Shown: positions 47,531-62,359 of the stretch, piece by piece | Layout of the letters: the number at the start of each line of letters is the position of its first letter | Position numbering within the stretch: the first letter of the stretch is position 1 | From: Octopus vulgaris | Taxonomy: Eukaryota | Length of the DNA: 64,000 bases | Direction: 5' to 3' | Assembly: GCA_951406725.2 (NCBI GenBank) | Contig: OX597816.1 | Location: 30,008,001 to 30,072,000 of the forward strand | Notes under the pieces: generated by a model | The model's input: only the letters and a program-made list of their open reading frames with translations | The model's database searches: none | Told to the model about the DNA's origin: nothing | Program-made: the position numbers and the translations under genes

Positions 47531-48527
47531 TACTACCCACAAGGGGCTAAACACAGAGCGGACAAACAAGGACAGACAAACGGATTAAGTCGATTATAGC
47601 GACCCCAGTGCGTAACTGGTACTTAATTTATCGACCCCGAAAAGATGAAAGGCAAAGTACCAAAACGATGAAAGGCAAAGTACCAAAACGATAAAACGCC
47701 AAAGTTAACCGCAGTTGAATTTGAACTCAGATTGCAGAGATTAGGACAAATATCGCGAGTCGTTCTATTCGACACTCTAACAACTCTAGCAAATACACCC
47801 ACAAACACACACACACGTGTGTGTCTATGTGTGTTTGTGTATATATGTGTGTTTGTGTATAAATGCGTGTAAGTGTGCGCGCGTGATTGTAAGAGATTTT
47901 GTATATCTTGTGTAGCCACCTTCGAAACATTTGAAGAGGGGAAGTATTTTGTGACAAATTACTTATAAGTAGGAGTATGAATTCTAGAGTGCATAAGTGC
48001 AGTTCTACGATGTCTGCTGTGTGTAGAGGCAGAAATAAAGTGCAGCAGCGTTTATATTTGTAATACAGTAATAGAGACGCGGGGAGGATTTACAGCACTT
48101 GAATGTTTAATTTGGGATGGGTCCAAAGAACATTTATGTCAGTTTGTCTGTTTCTCTCTCCCACGCTCCCACGCTCCCACGCTCACCCTTACTAATACGC
48201 ACGTGTGTGTGTATGTGTGTGTGTGTTTAATATTCCTATATCATTAACAACTGCAGTTGGTAAAATCTGTCGATAGTACAGAGAATACAGAGGTTGCGGA
48301 GTTATAAGCAGTCAAGGAATGTATGCAACCTAGGTCCTCGGCTGTTTATCATGCAAGAAGTAAAAAAAAGTGCATTTTGAAATTCTCTAGAGAGAGTCAA
48401 GAAACATGTTTGTAATCTGACTTTAATTTCTTCTTTTTATTTAAGACTGGGCGAGAATAACGAGAAGTTTCCCTTTGAGTGACAATTAGCAGAGCTTTGC
48501 CAATACTCACTTTAAATTTAACGAAAT

Positions 48528-48610
48528 CTTGGGCTGATGACAGGAATGTTGGAATAGCTATGTATTTCTAGCATCCCTATTTCTAACTAACCCAGAAACG
48601 CGTTCTCAAG
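48528..48610 (+). ncRNA. Hammerhead ribozyme motif with eroded stem II
   Basis: cttggg CTGATGA cagg...ccca GAAA cgcg TT ctcaag. Confidence 0.65.
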
Positions 48611-49062
48611 TAATCGATTTTCGAGTGATCTTTCGGTATTTTTCCCCTCTATGTCTACGTGAATTGTTTTTGAGTATACATTGTCTGGGAGTCTCTTCTT
48701 ATAGTAGGGGAAATAGCTAAATTCCTTGGCTGCTATTTCTAAAAGTTCGATGTGTGGTAAAGTAAACATTTTTGCTGAACCTTCATTATATAAAGTACTG
48801 TTTAAATTTACCGTAAATGGTCCTTTTACATACTGAACACTGCTTGGTAAAATTATTAATTACTAATTGATTAATTTTACCCTTATTATTATTGACTATA
48901 TATATATATATATAGTAAAAGCAATTAAGATTCAAGTGAGTTCTGTTGAATTCACATGAATGCGGTACTTAACTTAGATGCACCAGAAATCTATATGGTG
49001 TTAACCATAAGATAATGCGGGGTGATTATAAATAAGAAAAAAGCAACAAGAATGGATCAATA

Positions 49063-49151
49063 TTCCGGTACAATTGTTTCGTACGAAGACAGCTTTATTA
49101 AGGCTGCAAATATTGCAGTAAATATAAGTGACCCGTACTCATCAGCCGAAA
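49063..49151 (-). ncRNA. Minimal type-I hammerhead ribozyme, intact core
   Basis: Minus strand reads tttcgg CTGATGA gtacg..loop..cgtac GAAA caattg TA ccggaa. Stems I and II pair, stem III is palindromic, and the cleavage triplet is GUA. Confidence 0.85.
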
Positions 49152-49629
49152 AAACATCTGAGTTCTCTTAACATCTAAAGGGGTGATGTTACACTCCTGA
49201 AACATCAGGGATAGTTCTATAAAAATAAGATTTAGGTAACAAACGGACTTCTAAAAGTTATTTTAGTGTTGCACAGTCATGTAACGGGTTTTAAAAAAGT
49301 ATTTTAAAAAACCTCTTAATTTCCCAGAAAATGAAAATGAAAATGAAAATGAAAATGAAAATGTAAATCCATCCATATTGAAGTAAGTTTGATTTCTGGA
49401 GATATGAGGAGAGGTATCATACTCACAGAAAATGCATTTATCCATAATTAGTCCATAATAAAGTGTGTTTCCTGATGTGTCATGATATACTTGTTGTGTG
49501 ATGCTTGTGTGATACTTGTTGTGTGATGATATACAAGTATATCATCACACATATATATTCTTCTTCTTAATCCTGTTTTGCCCCTTGTGGAGAATAGGAC
49601 CTCAATAGTTGTTTTCCACTTTTTGCGGT

Positions 49630-50010
49630 CAGCCGGGAAAAGACAAAAATGCTGCGTATCAACAACAAGCAGGAAGAGCTAATCACAATCGAGCGGGCAC
49701 CTGTGAGGACGTTAGTGAGTTTGTCTATCTTGGTAGCAAGATCAGCAACTCAAGTGGATCAGACGAGGACATCACGGCAAGAAGCAAGAAGGCTTGGCAA
49801 GCCGTCGCTATTCTTCGGCCGGTATGGAAGTTCACTGCCATGCTAACTCGAACTAAACTCCGCTTCTTTAGTTCAAACGTAAAATCTGTGCTTTTGCATG
49901 GCTCTGAAACATGGAGAGCCACCTTCAGCAACTACAAGAAGATCCAGACCTTCATCAACAAATGTCTCCGGCAGATCCTCCATCTGAAGTGGTTCGACAG
50001 AGTGCCAAAC
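49630..50010 (+). mobile_element. RTE-like LINE fragment (partial second copy at 50836-51030)
   Basis: EFVYLGSKIS...TKLRFFSSNVKSVLLHGSETWR...FINKCLRQIL. Confidence 0.8.
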
Positions 50011-50049
50011 ACACATATACACACACACACATACACACACACACACACA

Positions 50050-50088
<39 letters not shown>

Positions 50089-50224
50089 CATACAAAAACA
50101 CACAAGTGTGGTAATGTGACAAGTAATGAGATATCTAAATACACATGAAAATTTAATCTATCACACTGAGTTTTCTAAGTATCGTGGTCATATTTTGCGG
50201 AGAAATACTTGAAAACAAATCGCC

Positions 50225-50281
<57 letters not shown>

Positions 50282-50535
50282 GTGTGCGTGAGAGTGTGTG
50301 CGCGCGCGCAAGCTCACGCTCATGCTCAACTTATGTATCTATATAATACAAGGAACTGCAAAAATAATTTTAGTTAATTGAGATTTTTCTTCACAAATCC
50401 AAGACAAAAGCTCTTATATCGGAGCTGAAAAAAAAATGGAAACAGCAAACCTGACAAATATTACTATAAATATAATATAAATTATGCAGTTAAGGATATT
50501 GTCTTCAAGTCAACAGACATGTTTTGATCTTATCA

Positions 50536-50589
<54 letters not shown>

Positions 50590-51664
50590 CTCCCCTCTCT
50601 CTCTCTCTCTTTATATATATACAATATGAATAATATATATATGCATATATACATACATATACTCTTTTACTCTTTTATTTGTTTCAGTCATTTGACTGTG
50701 GCCATGCTGGAGCACCGCCTTTAAGCGGTGTACATACCTACATATATATGTATATATACATGCATATATGGGTACAGGACGTCAAAAACGTGAACAAAAT
50801 GAGAATCGAAAAATAAAGAACAAAAACATGGAAACATGGAAGTTCACTGCCATCTTAACTCGAACTAAATTCCGCTTATTTAGTTCAAACGTAAAATCTG
50901 TGCTTTTGTATGGCTCTGAAACATGAATAGCCACCCACAGCAACTACAAGAAGATCCAGACCTTCATCAACAAATGTCTCCGGCAGATCCTCCATTTGAT
51001 GTGGTTCGACAGAGTGCCAAACACCGACCTGTGTTTCGAACAACGAAAGAAACAAATAGAGAAACGAGACAGGTAACGTAAAGAACATTCCCTTCATCAG
51101 GTGTTCCCTTTTTTTATCTACTCCGCGTTTCGAACGTAGGGACAAGACGAGACTTCGTTAAAACAGTCGGTCCCGCAAAGCAAATTTAAAAAAAAAACAA
51201 AAAAACATTAGGGATTTGCGAAGGCTTAAAGTGGTGACAAAAACAGAACAGTGAGAACAAAACAGTAAAAACAAACGGTAAGGGATGTTAAGCCATGAGT
51301 GGGTGAAGTGGTGAACGCCTATATATATATATATATAATTATTATAGATATAGGGTAAAAAAAATATTAATTTATAATTAATAAATTTCACCAAGTAGTT
51401 TCGGTATTATTAATTATAAATTAATTTTTTTACCCTATATCTATAATAATTATTTTACTCCCTGATAACAAGGAAAGCTGCGGATCTATTCTCTGCGGTA
51501 CTGTCTCGTGACGCACATGGTGTAGAAATTGGTGGCAAATATGAATTTCACTCGTCTATATAAATTCGGATATGCTAACCACCTTGTGTGATGTTCTGAT
51601 GTCGCTTGGTCAGAAATGCAAAGGGTAAGTTTTCTAGCATTTTTTAATTTATAACTATCGGAAT

Positions 51665-51719
51665 ATTATGTTGATAAGGAAATGAGTTTTAAACTCTAAT
51701 CCAGAAACGCGTCCATAAT
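51665..51719 (+). ncRNA. Degenerate hammerhead motif
   Basis: attatg TTGATAA gga...tcca GAAA cgcg TC cataat. Confidence 0.5.
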
Positions 51720-52149
51720 TAACCGAAGACTGTTTGATTTCATTATTTTCTTTCTTTCTTTTTTTTTTTGCCTGTGTGAGAGGGTTATCTGTACAGTCAT
51801 ATTTTGTAGCGAAAAGAAATAACGGTCTTTTGGTCGCTATTTCTCGTTGCTAAACCCTTAATTATTGTTATATATATATAAGTTTAAACAGCAGCAGCCG
51901 AAGAAGAAGAGGGCAAAGAAAGCTGAAGGGAAAAAGAACAAGAATAAGAACAAGACAGGAGTGGTATTACCCAGTAGTAGAGGCTGTCCGTGGAATCTAC
52001 TTTAATGGTCAAGTAACCTTAAAGTGAGCTGTAGTGGTTGTAGCAGGAACTGTTTTAAATAAATTCATGGGTAGCAGCTGTTCTTAATATATCTATCGTT
52101 TTTAATATTTGGGTGGGTATTATTCTAAGATTCTTTTAGTAGTGTCATC

Positions 52150-52350
52150 TGTGGTAGAAACATTCAAAAGAGGTTTATATTTTGAGATGAAATATGATTA
52201 TTTGCTAATGCACTGACTATAGTTTGTATTGTCCCTACGCTAAGTTTATTGAGGAGAAAAATTCTAAAGTTGGGTTGTTCTTGATTGGCGCAAATCTCGA
52301 TGTGTTCACTTAATGCTATTTTTCTGTATTCCCGGGTAATTCCAACCACG
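52150..52350 (-). mobile_element. Penelope-like GIY-YIG C-terminal remnant
   Basis: EYRKIALSEHIEICANQEQPNFRIF, resembling the tail encoded at 16550. Confidence 0.55.
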
Positions 52351-52759
52351 TTTCGTGGTTCGTTACCTCAACAGCTCCTTTATAGGATCCAGTGGCTAAT
52401 GACATCATCGGGAGGAACAACGTACGATTTTGGCCCCTACTCCTCTACCGTTTTCGACAAGACGCCCCCAACACTTTCGTAGATGCCTTCAGCTCTGATG
52501 TTGAGTACATTTTTTTTCTCTTTTCTTTGGCCTTTTCTTCTTTGGTTTCTTCGATGCAGCGTCGACGAATGTGAGCGGGCGAAAGCCGACCCTTGTAAAT
52601 TTCCCTTTAAATACTCGCTGGTAGGCTCCAGCAGCCAGCGCTACACAACTATCATGTGACACAATCTAGGCTTCAACTGATCTGTAGAGAGGAAGAGCGC
52701 AGAGTTTTGGCCCGCGCCTTCTCTTGAACTACCTCTTGAACTACATAGCAAATACAAGA

Positions 52760-54150
52760 ACAACTTCATCACAAGGGACAGTAGATTACCCAGATTCTGT
52801 CACCTCATTAAAACACACAAGGATAGCAACACCATTCAGATTAGACCCATCGTCTCCAACCTGGAAGGACCTCTATGTAAAATACCCTGACTCCTTTCCT
52901 ACATCCTGAAACCCATACTCTCCCCCTTTCCTGAACACATCAAAAACTCCGACGAAGTCATCAAAAGATTGCGCCAACTGCCGCCAGACCAACTCAGACA
53001 AAACAAATATGCCTTTAGTCTTGGCGTTGTCTCAATGTACACAACGGTACCAGCACACTCGGCAGTCAGCCTATTGACTGACTGCATAGCAGCGTCCGAC
53101 ATCCACTACTTCGGACTCACCGCAGCTGATATACATCAACTATTGTCCATCATCGTGGACAACACCTACTTCTCTTTCCATGATTACATATACAAACAGA
53201 CAACAGGTATCCCCATGGGATCCAGTCTTTCGTGCCTACTAGCTATCATATATATGAACCATCTGGAAGTCGAGTACTCAACATCTGCCGCTCATGCGCC
53301 TTCTTCACCGGGTACGTAGATGACATCCTCGTACTCGCATTCTCTCGTGGAGAGGCAGACAAAATATTCACGACGTTCAACAACATGGATATGAATATAC
53401 GGTTCACTATAGAACATCCTGACAACACTGGATCCCTATCACTACTCGGCTTCCAACTGAAAATAACAGAAGAAGAAGAGACCCACACCGAGTTCTACAG
53501 GAAAGTAGCCAGTAGAGATATATTTGTTCAGTGCAATTCAGCCCTTCGACTCGGTGCCAAAATAGGATACGCCAGAAATGATATTGCACGCGTCCAGAGC
53601 AAGTGCAGCAAGACAGAGGACAAGGTCACCCACACCTCATGCTTCCTAGAGATACTGAAAACCAACGGGCACCATATATCCATTGTAAATCGGCTTAAGT
53701 ACTCAAGACGACAAACACGTCGAACACACAGAAAAATCATCCAGCAACAAATGCTTCCTTAAAATACCCCATTTTAGTGAGAGGATAACTACAGTCATCC
53801 GAAGAGCCATAAGAAGGGAAGGATTAGACATACAACTAGCTCCCTCCGGCGCCTCTCTGAGAAGACGCCTAGCAAAGAAACGAGCAAGGGACAGCAATCA
53901 ATGCACACTAGTTAACTGCCCCGTTCGTGACACACATTTATGTTAACGGGTAAATGTTGTGTATAGAATACAATGTAATAAATGCAGCAAGTTCTATGTG
54001 AGTAGCACAACAAGATCGTTACACATTCGCATCAAAGAACATCGGAAGGCGAGAGCCTCCTCCTTCAGAAAACACCTAGACAGATGACGGAACACCGAAA
54101 AAAGCATAACAGTTACAATTGAGGCCAATGAAAGAAATTTGGGTAATGTA
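52760..54150 (+). mobile_element. Penelope-like element RT and GIY-YIG, frameshifted
   Basis: IKTHK...IRPIVS, FSLGVVSMYTTVP, YKQTTGIPMGS, YVDDIL, FTIE, VVYRIQCNKCSKFYVSSTTRSLHIRIKEH. Confidence 0.85.
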
Positions 54151-54199
54151 AGAATATATATATATATATATTGCAACCAACAATGAAACACGGTGACTG

Positions 54200-54430
54200 T
54201 TTTGTGATGGTCTGGGAAGCAATTTGGAGCAATGGTTGATAAGAGCTGGTGGAGTGTGAGGGAAACATAAACTCAAATAAATATGTGTCCATATTGCAGA
54301 AGAGATTCCTTTCAATCTTCTCCGATCGTGAAATGATTAAAGAAGACTCTTCATTTATGGAATGTGGTGCTCCTTGTCACACGGCGAAAAAGACCCAAGA
54401 TTGGTTGGAAGAGAAGCTTTCATGCCCAAG
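54200..54430 (+). mobile_element. Tc1-like transposase fragment
   Basis: CEGNINSNKYVSILQ...FMECGAPCHTAKKTQDWL. Confidence 0.6.
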
Positions 54431-55209
54431 CTAGTAACCAGATAATGACGGTAAAATATTCAGAACATTGATTGTTTAGTACTTTCACTCGACTTGTTCA
54501 GTCAACCGTGTCAGTTTGAACTTACGACGCTAAACATTGTCACTTGAAATTAACATACGGATGTAGCGAGGAACCTAGACATTTCTAAGACCAGTAATGT
54601 GATTATCTTCTACCAATCAAACTCAGGTGAAGAGAAATAACCCAGAAATCGCAATACACAGATATTGTTTTGAGCTGAGTGGGGATGTTAAATTCCTTTG
54701 TTCGAAAATATAAGGACACTGATCGTGTCGTATAGCCAGCTGGAGACGATGTCTCCTGGAGCTAAATCACAGCAACATTAATCCTAAACCAGAACTGCTA
54801 TGTTATGTTGGCAAACAATCTTTACTACAAAGTACTGAATATCTCATGTCGTGAGATTTAGAAATAGGAATTTTCCAATCAAACCCTATTCAAAATATAT
54901 AATAATTTGAGCCATCTTCAAAAACTAGTCAGAAATAAAACAGCGGTGACATAAACCGCCTCTTTTTATTTCATATATTTGAAAATCAGTGTAAACTGTG
55001 AAACCGGTTAAATCTTCAAAATATAATAATAAAAATATATTAACTATTCTCAGTGCATTTGCAGTTTATATATATATATATATATACAGAGAGAAAGAGA
55101 GAGAGTGAGATGTGCATACGTATACGAATGTATGTGTGTACGGAGTGCAATAAATATGGAATATACCCAATATAGATCTGGGAAAAACATAGTTCAAATA
55201 AGGACTCAA

Positions 55210-57250
<2,041 letters not shown>

Positions 57251-58121
57251 TTATACCTGCTTTTATGATTGGATTTAGATGAGAATGCATTTCAGCAATA
57301 AATTGGGTTTGACTAATCACTTGCACTCACCTCTAACTGCCACCAGCACCAGCCCCCACCCACCAGCGCCACCACCATCACCACCACCACCACTACCACC
57401 ACCACTACCACCACCACTGCCATCATCACCGTCAGACCTACCACGACTACCACGACGACCTACCTACCCCCACCCCCGCCACTGCCGTCCGGTATTCATT
57501 GTTTTCTGTGAACTAATTTCTTTGCATTTTTTTTTTCTGTTCCTGTTTATGCGCTCGTGTGCATGTGTAAGTGTATGCATGAGTTTCTGTTTGTATGTAT
57601 GCATGATTATATATATGTATATACATACACACATGCACACACACACACACACATACACACACACACACATAAACAATTAGCTTCTTTATTCTATTTTGAG
57701 AAACACGCACCAGTTAATCCTATTCATTTTATTATTTTTTTTCCATTGCCTTTGCCATCTCCTTTCAATGAATTTCATTATTTATTTTGATTACAAGCAT
57801 AATTATAATTATCATTATCATCATTATCATCATTGTTATTATCTGTAAAAGAATAATTCTAAAGAATGTTATTATTTGTGAAAGAACTTTATAGCATTTT
57901 GGCTGACTAATACGAATCCTTATTTTGTGGACAGGCAGCCGTATTTCTGCCAGAGTGAATCTGCACGCAAATCAGAAATATTTGCTTTGTCAGACACCTA
58001 TATAAGCTTTTCTTAGCATCTTTATTGTACTCACCAGGTATGTTGCTTATATTGATTAAATAAAAAATATATATTTCTGATGTTGTCGATATTCTTGCTG
58101 TTGTTTAACCATAGGCCAACC

Positions 58122-58736
58122 TGATCTTTTCGGTTTGAACGGCAGTTTTTTCTAGCGGCGTCATATGAAATTGTCACCCATAATTATGACCCTAGTATAG
58201 ATCTATTGCATTTCAATCTGTTTTAGGGTTAGGGTTAATTGGGATTAGGGTTAGGGGTGGGGGAAGGGTATCTTTTTTTCTTCACAAATCTAAATAAACC
58301 CAATCTGTTTCTTGAACGAGGGACATATTCATACGGCACAGAATGTTTTTTTTTAGCTCAATAGACGTGAGTGATTGGTTGAAATTTCAGAAATTGAAGA
58401 AAAAACAACAACAAATATCTTACAAACTATAGAATTTTCTCAATAAAGCCAAGAGAAAAAGATGTTTTATAAACACATTCTATCAGTATACGAAGTTTAA
58501 AATTTTTTAGTTACTCTCTTTTACTCTCTCTTTTACCTGTTTCAGTCATTTGACTGCGGCCATGCTGGATCACCGCCTTTAGTCGAGCAAATCGGCCCCG
58601 GAACTTATTCTTTGTAAGCCAAGTGCTTATTCTATCGGTCTCTTTTGCCGAACCGCTAAGTGACGGGGACGTAAACACACCAGCATCGGTTGTCAAGCAA
58701 TGCTAGGGGTACAAACATAGACACACAAACACATAC

Positions 58737-58777
<41 letters not shown>

Positions 58778-58992
58778 TACGACAGGCTTCTTTCAGTTTC
58801 CGTCTACCAAATCCACTCACAAGGCATTGGTCAGCCCGGGGCTATAGCAGAAGGCACTTGCCCAAGATGCCACGCAGTGGGACTGAACCCGGAACCATGT
58901 GGTTGGTTAGCAAGTTACTTACCACACAGCCACTCCTGCGCCTATTTACCTAGAAATTATGTTAAAAACTGACGTTCAAACCGAAAAGATCC
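58122..58992. mobile_element. Merlin-like MITE, copy 2, with internal SINE (about 58515-58944)
   Basis: Same TIRs; TSD GGCCAACC. Confidence 0.8.
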
Positions 58993-59559
58993 GGCCAACC
59001 TTGATCAAACAGGTGTTGTGATCAAAGGGTGTTGTGAAAGGCCTGGCTGGGGGCCCAGCCTTCCGAGTTCTTTTATAGAGCTTAGAAGATCTGAAAGATC
59101 ACTGCAATAAGTGTGTGGATTTGAGAGGTGGAATATGTTGAATAAAATCATAATTAACTGTTCCTCTTATGTTTTCTTTTACACAAAGCCAAGAACTTTC
59201 AGAAACCCCTCGTATAACAGAGTAGACCATATATAACCATCGTGTCATTTATATAGTGTTTCTTGAACCACATTATGTCGTGTGTCCTTCACGACACATG
59301 TCGTAAACGATATTTTGTGAATGAAAGAATTGGTTGCTATTTTTAGCAATCGAATGACTACATAGTGCCTGTTAGTGCTTGAGCTGCTTCATAATCTATT
59401 CATATTCTAACATAAAACAATTAAGGATAAAAATTTGCTTTTAATTTCAACTAGAGTTAAAACAGGAAATATAAGAGACGTAGTGTCAGTCATGTGACAA
59501 AAGTGAATCCCTAGAACTCAATGCTGAACGATATAACATTGGAAATAATTTGTTTTAAA

Positions 59560-60640
59560 GCCGTGGTACACATTAATGAAAGTTTGAGTTAATAAGTTTT
59601 AGTTGAACTGCCAATCAAGGAGCCGAACTTTCGCATCTCTTCACAGGCAGAAATGTTGTTTGGCGATAGACAAAATACAAAACTAATTTACTTTCTCGCA
59701 TATATAAGGTATATTTTTGGCCTGCAGGTCCCAGACGTGGCTGGCAAGCTGAGTGGTTTTCTTGTCAACGTGCCGCAAAGAAGACTGGTGGTTGGCATCT
59801 ATATTTTTAAAGTCACTTTCAGATAGATCAATATATATATATATTTCTTTTCTTTTCAGTCTCGTAATTTGGAAAAACCCAACTGACCTCGGCATCGTAT
59901 ACCACTGAGGTACCTATGCATGTCTTTCAAGTGAGTAAGCATCTGGATCACTGCAGTAATAGGATCTTTTCGGTTTGAATGGCAGTTTTTTCTAGCGGTG
60001 TCATATGAAATTGTCACCCATAATTATGACCCTTGTATCGATCTATTGCATTTAAATCTATTTTAGGGTTAGGGTTAGGGGTGTGGGGAAGGGTATCTTT
60101 TTTTCTTCACAAATGTAAATAAACCTAATCTGTTTCTTAAACGAGGGATATATTTATACGGCACAGAATGTTTTTTTTTACCTCAATAGACGTTAGTGAT
60201 TGGTTGAAATTGCAGAAATTGAAGAAAAAAACAACAAATATCTTACAAACTATAGAATTTTCTCAATAAAGCCAAGAGAAAAAGATGTTTTATAAACACA
60301 TTCTACCAGTATACGAAGTTCAAAATTTTTTAGTTACCTAGAAATTATGTTAAAAACTGCTGTTCAAACCGAAAATATCCAAGTAATATTTCGGAGCAGG
60401 CGCTTGGCGTGAATGCGTGAATTATATTTTTCCTGTTGGAGCAGCATCTTTAAGAAACTTTCACAGGACGTCTATCAAAATCTTTCTTATATCTATGATT
60501 ATCTGGGAAATGCTCATTTACCAAGTTGAGGAATTTTCTACTTACATTGGTCTTAACATTCAAAGAGATGTGAGTGGCGAACCATATAAACTTCTTACTC
60601 TATTTTCTATGGTTTGGTGTAAGCTAACTTCACTTTGAAT
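59560..60640 (-). mobile_element. Penelope-like remnant interrupted by a MITE
   Basis: Minus strand encodes ISLNVKTNVSRKFLNLVNEHFPDNHRYKK and YIDLSESDFKN...NHQSSLRH...TQLASHVWDLQ; same type as the element at 39640. Confidence 0.7.
59962..60380. mobile_element. Merlin-like MITE, copy 3
   Basis: Same TIRs; TSD (C/A)AGTAATA. Confidence 0.8.
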
Positions 60641-60902
60641 TCACTGTTAACCAGGGATTGTTATAGCGAGGGGCTTCCTTACTCTTTTACTCTTTTACTT
60701 GTTTCACTCATTTGACTGCGGCACCGCCTTTAGTCTAACAAATCGACTCCAGGACCTATTCTTTGTATGCCTAGCACTTAATCTATCAGTTTCTCTTGCC
60801 GAACCGCTAAGTTACGAGGACGTAAACACACCAGCATCGGTTGTCATGCGATGTTGGAGAGACAAACACAGACACACAAACACACACACATATATATACA
60901 TA

Positions 60903-60980
<78 letters not shown>

Positions 60981-61512
60981 CGACGGTCTTCTTTTAGTTT
61001 CCGTCTACCAAATCCACTCACAAGGCTTTGGTCGGCCTGAGGCTATAGTAGAAGACATTTGCCCAAGGTGCCACGCAGTGGGACTGAACCCGGAACCATG
61101 TGGTTGGTAAGCCGGCTACTTACCACACAGCCACTTCTGCGCCACTCCTGATTGAATATTTCTTTAGAGGAGGGTGGGGATAAATATCCCAGTACTAACA
61201 TTATCAATAAAATTAAGGCAGCGAGTTGACAGAATCGTTAGCATGCTGGGCAAAATGCTTAGCGACATCACGCCCGACTTTACTTTCTAATTTCACATTC
61301 TACCGAGGTCGACTATACTTTTCATCCTTTTTGACTAAATAATTCATTATGTCAATAAAAGTTATAATATTATTATTGTTTTCTGTTAAATGTATACTCA
61401 ATGTATGCTTAATATGTATTATTATCCTTCATTTTCTGAAAAAAAAAAGTTTAGATGGGATATTTTCATTCAAAGGTTATTAGCATAGTTCACTCCAAAA
61501 CTGAAGAATCTG

Positions 61513-61946
61513 GGATCATTTCAGTTTGAACGGTAGTTTTTAACATAATTTCTAGGTAACTAAAAAAATTTTAAACTTCGTATACTGGTAGAATGTGTTT
61601 ATAAAACATCTTTTTCTCTTGGCTTTATTGAGAAAATTCTATAGTTTGTAAGATATTTGTTGTTTTTTTTCTTCAATTTCTGCAATTTCAACCTATCATT
61701 GACGTCTATTGAGTTAAAAAGCATTCTGTGCCGTATGAATATGTCCCTCGTTTAAGAAACAGATTGGGTTTATTTACATTTGTGAAGAAAAAAAAGATAC
61801 CCTTCCCCCACCCCTAATCCTAACCCTAACTCTAAGTAACCCTAAAACAGATTGAAATGCAATAGATCGATACTAGGGTCATAATTATGGGTGACAATTT
61901 CATATGACATCGCAAGAAAAAACTGCCGTTCAAACCGAAAAGATCC
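61513..61946. mobile_element. Merlin-like MITE, copy 4
   Basis: Same TIRs; TSD AGAA(T/A)CTG. Confidence 0.8.
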
Positions 61947-62133
61947 AGAAACTGAAATAAAACAGAAAGGACGTTACACAGAATAATGAAAACATAACAA
62001 TGGTGTTGCCATAGTGCGCCAACCAGCTGGGAAAAGGTTTATCAAAATCAATTTACAGAAAACCCAGAAATCATAAAATTTCACTCCTAAGGTATTAGCG
62101 TGGTTCTTGATGTATATATAAATTTTTCACTAT

Positions 62134-62307
62134 AGGCGCAGGAGTGGCTGTGTGGTAAGTAGCTTGCTTACCAACCACATGGTTTCGGGTTCAGTCCCAC
62201 TGCGTGGCACTTTGGGCAAGTATCTTCTACTATGGCCTCGGGCCGACCAAAGCCTTGTGAGTGGATTTGGTAGATGGAAACTCAAAGAAGCTCGTCGTAT
62301 ATATGTG

Positions 62308-62359
<52 letters not shown>

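Noticed and set aside
51085-51135. Minus-strand GAAACGCG...CTGATGA, possible type-II hammerhead
   Set aside because: No UH cleavage site or consistent stems could be built.
57936-58037. Possible exon (cag|...CAG|gtatgt)
   Set aside because: Stops in all three frames and no supporting neighbours; at most a non-coding exon.
60062-60082. TTAGGG repeats as a true telomere or chromosome fusion scar
   Set aside because: Only about 3 units, internal to a multi-copy MITE.
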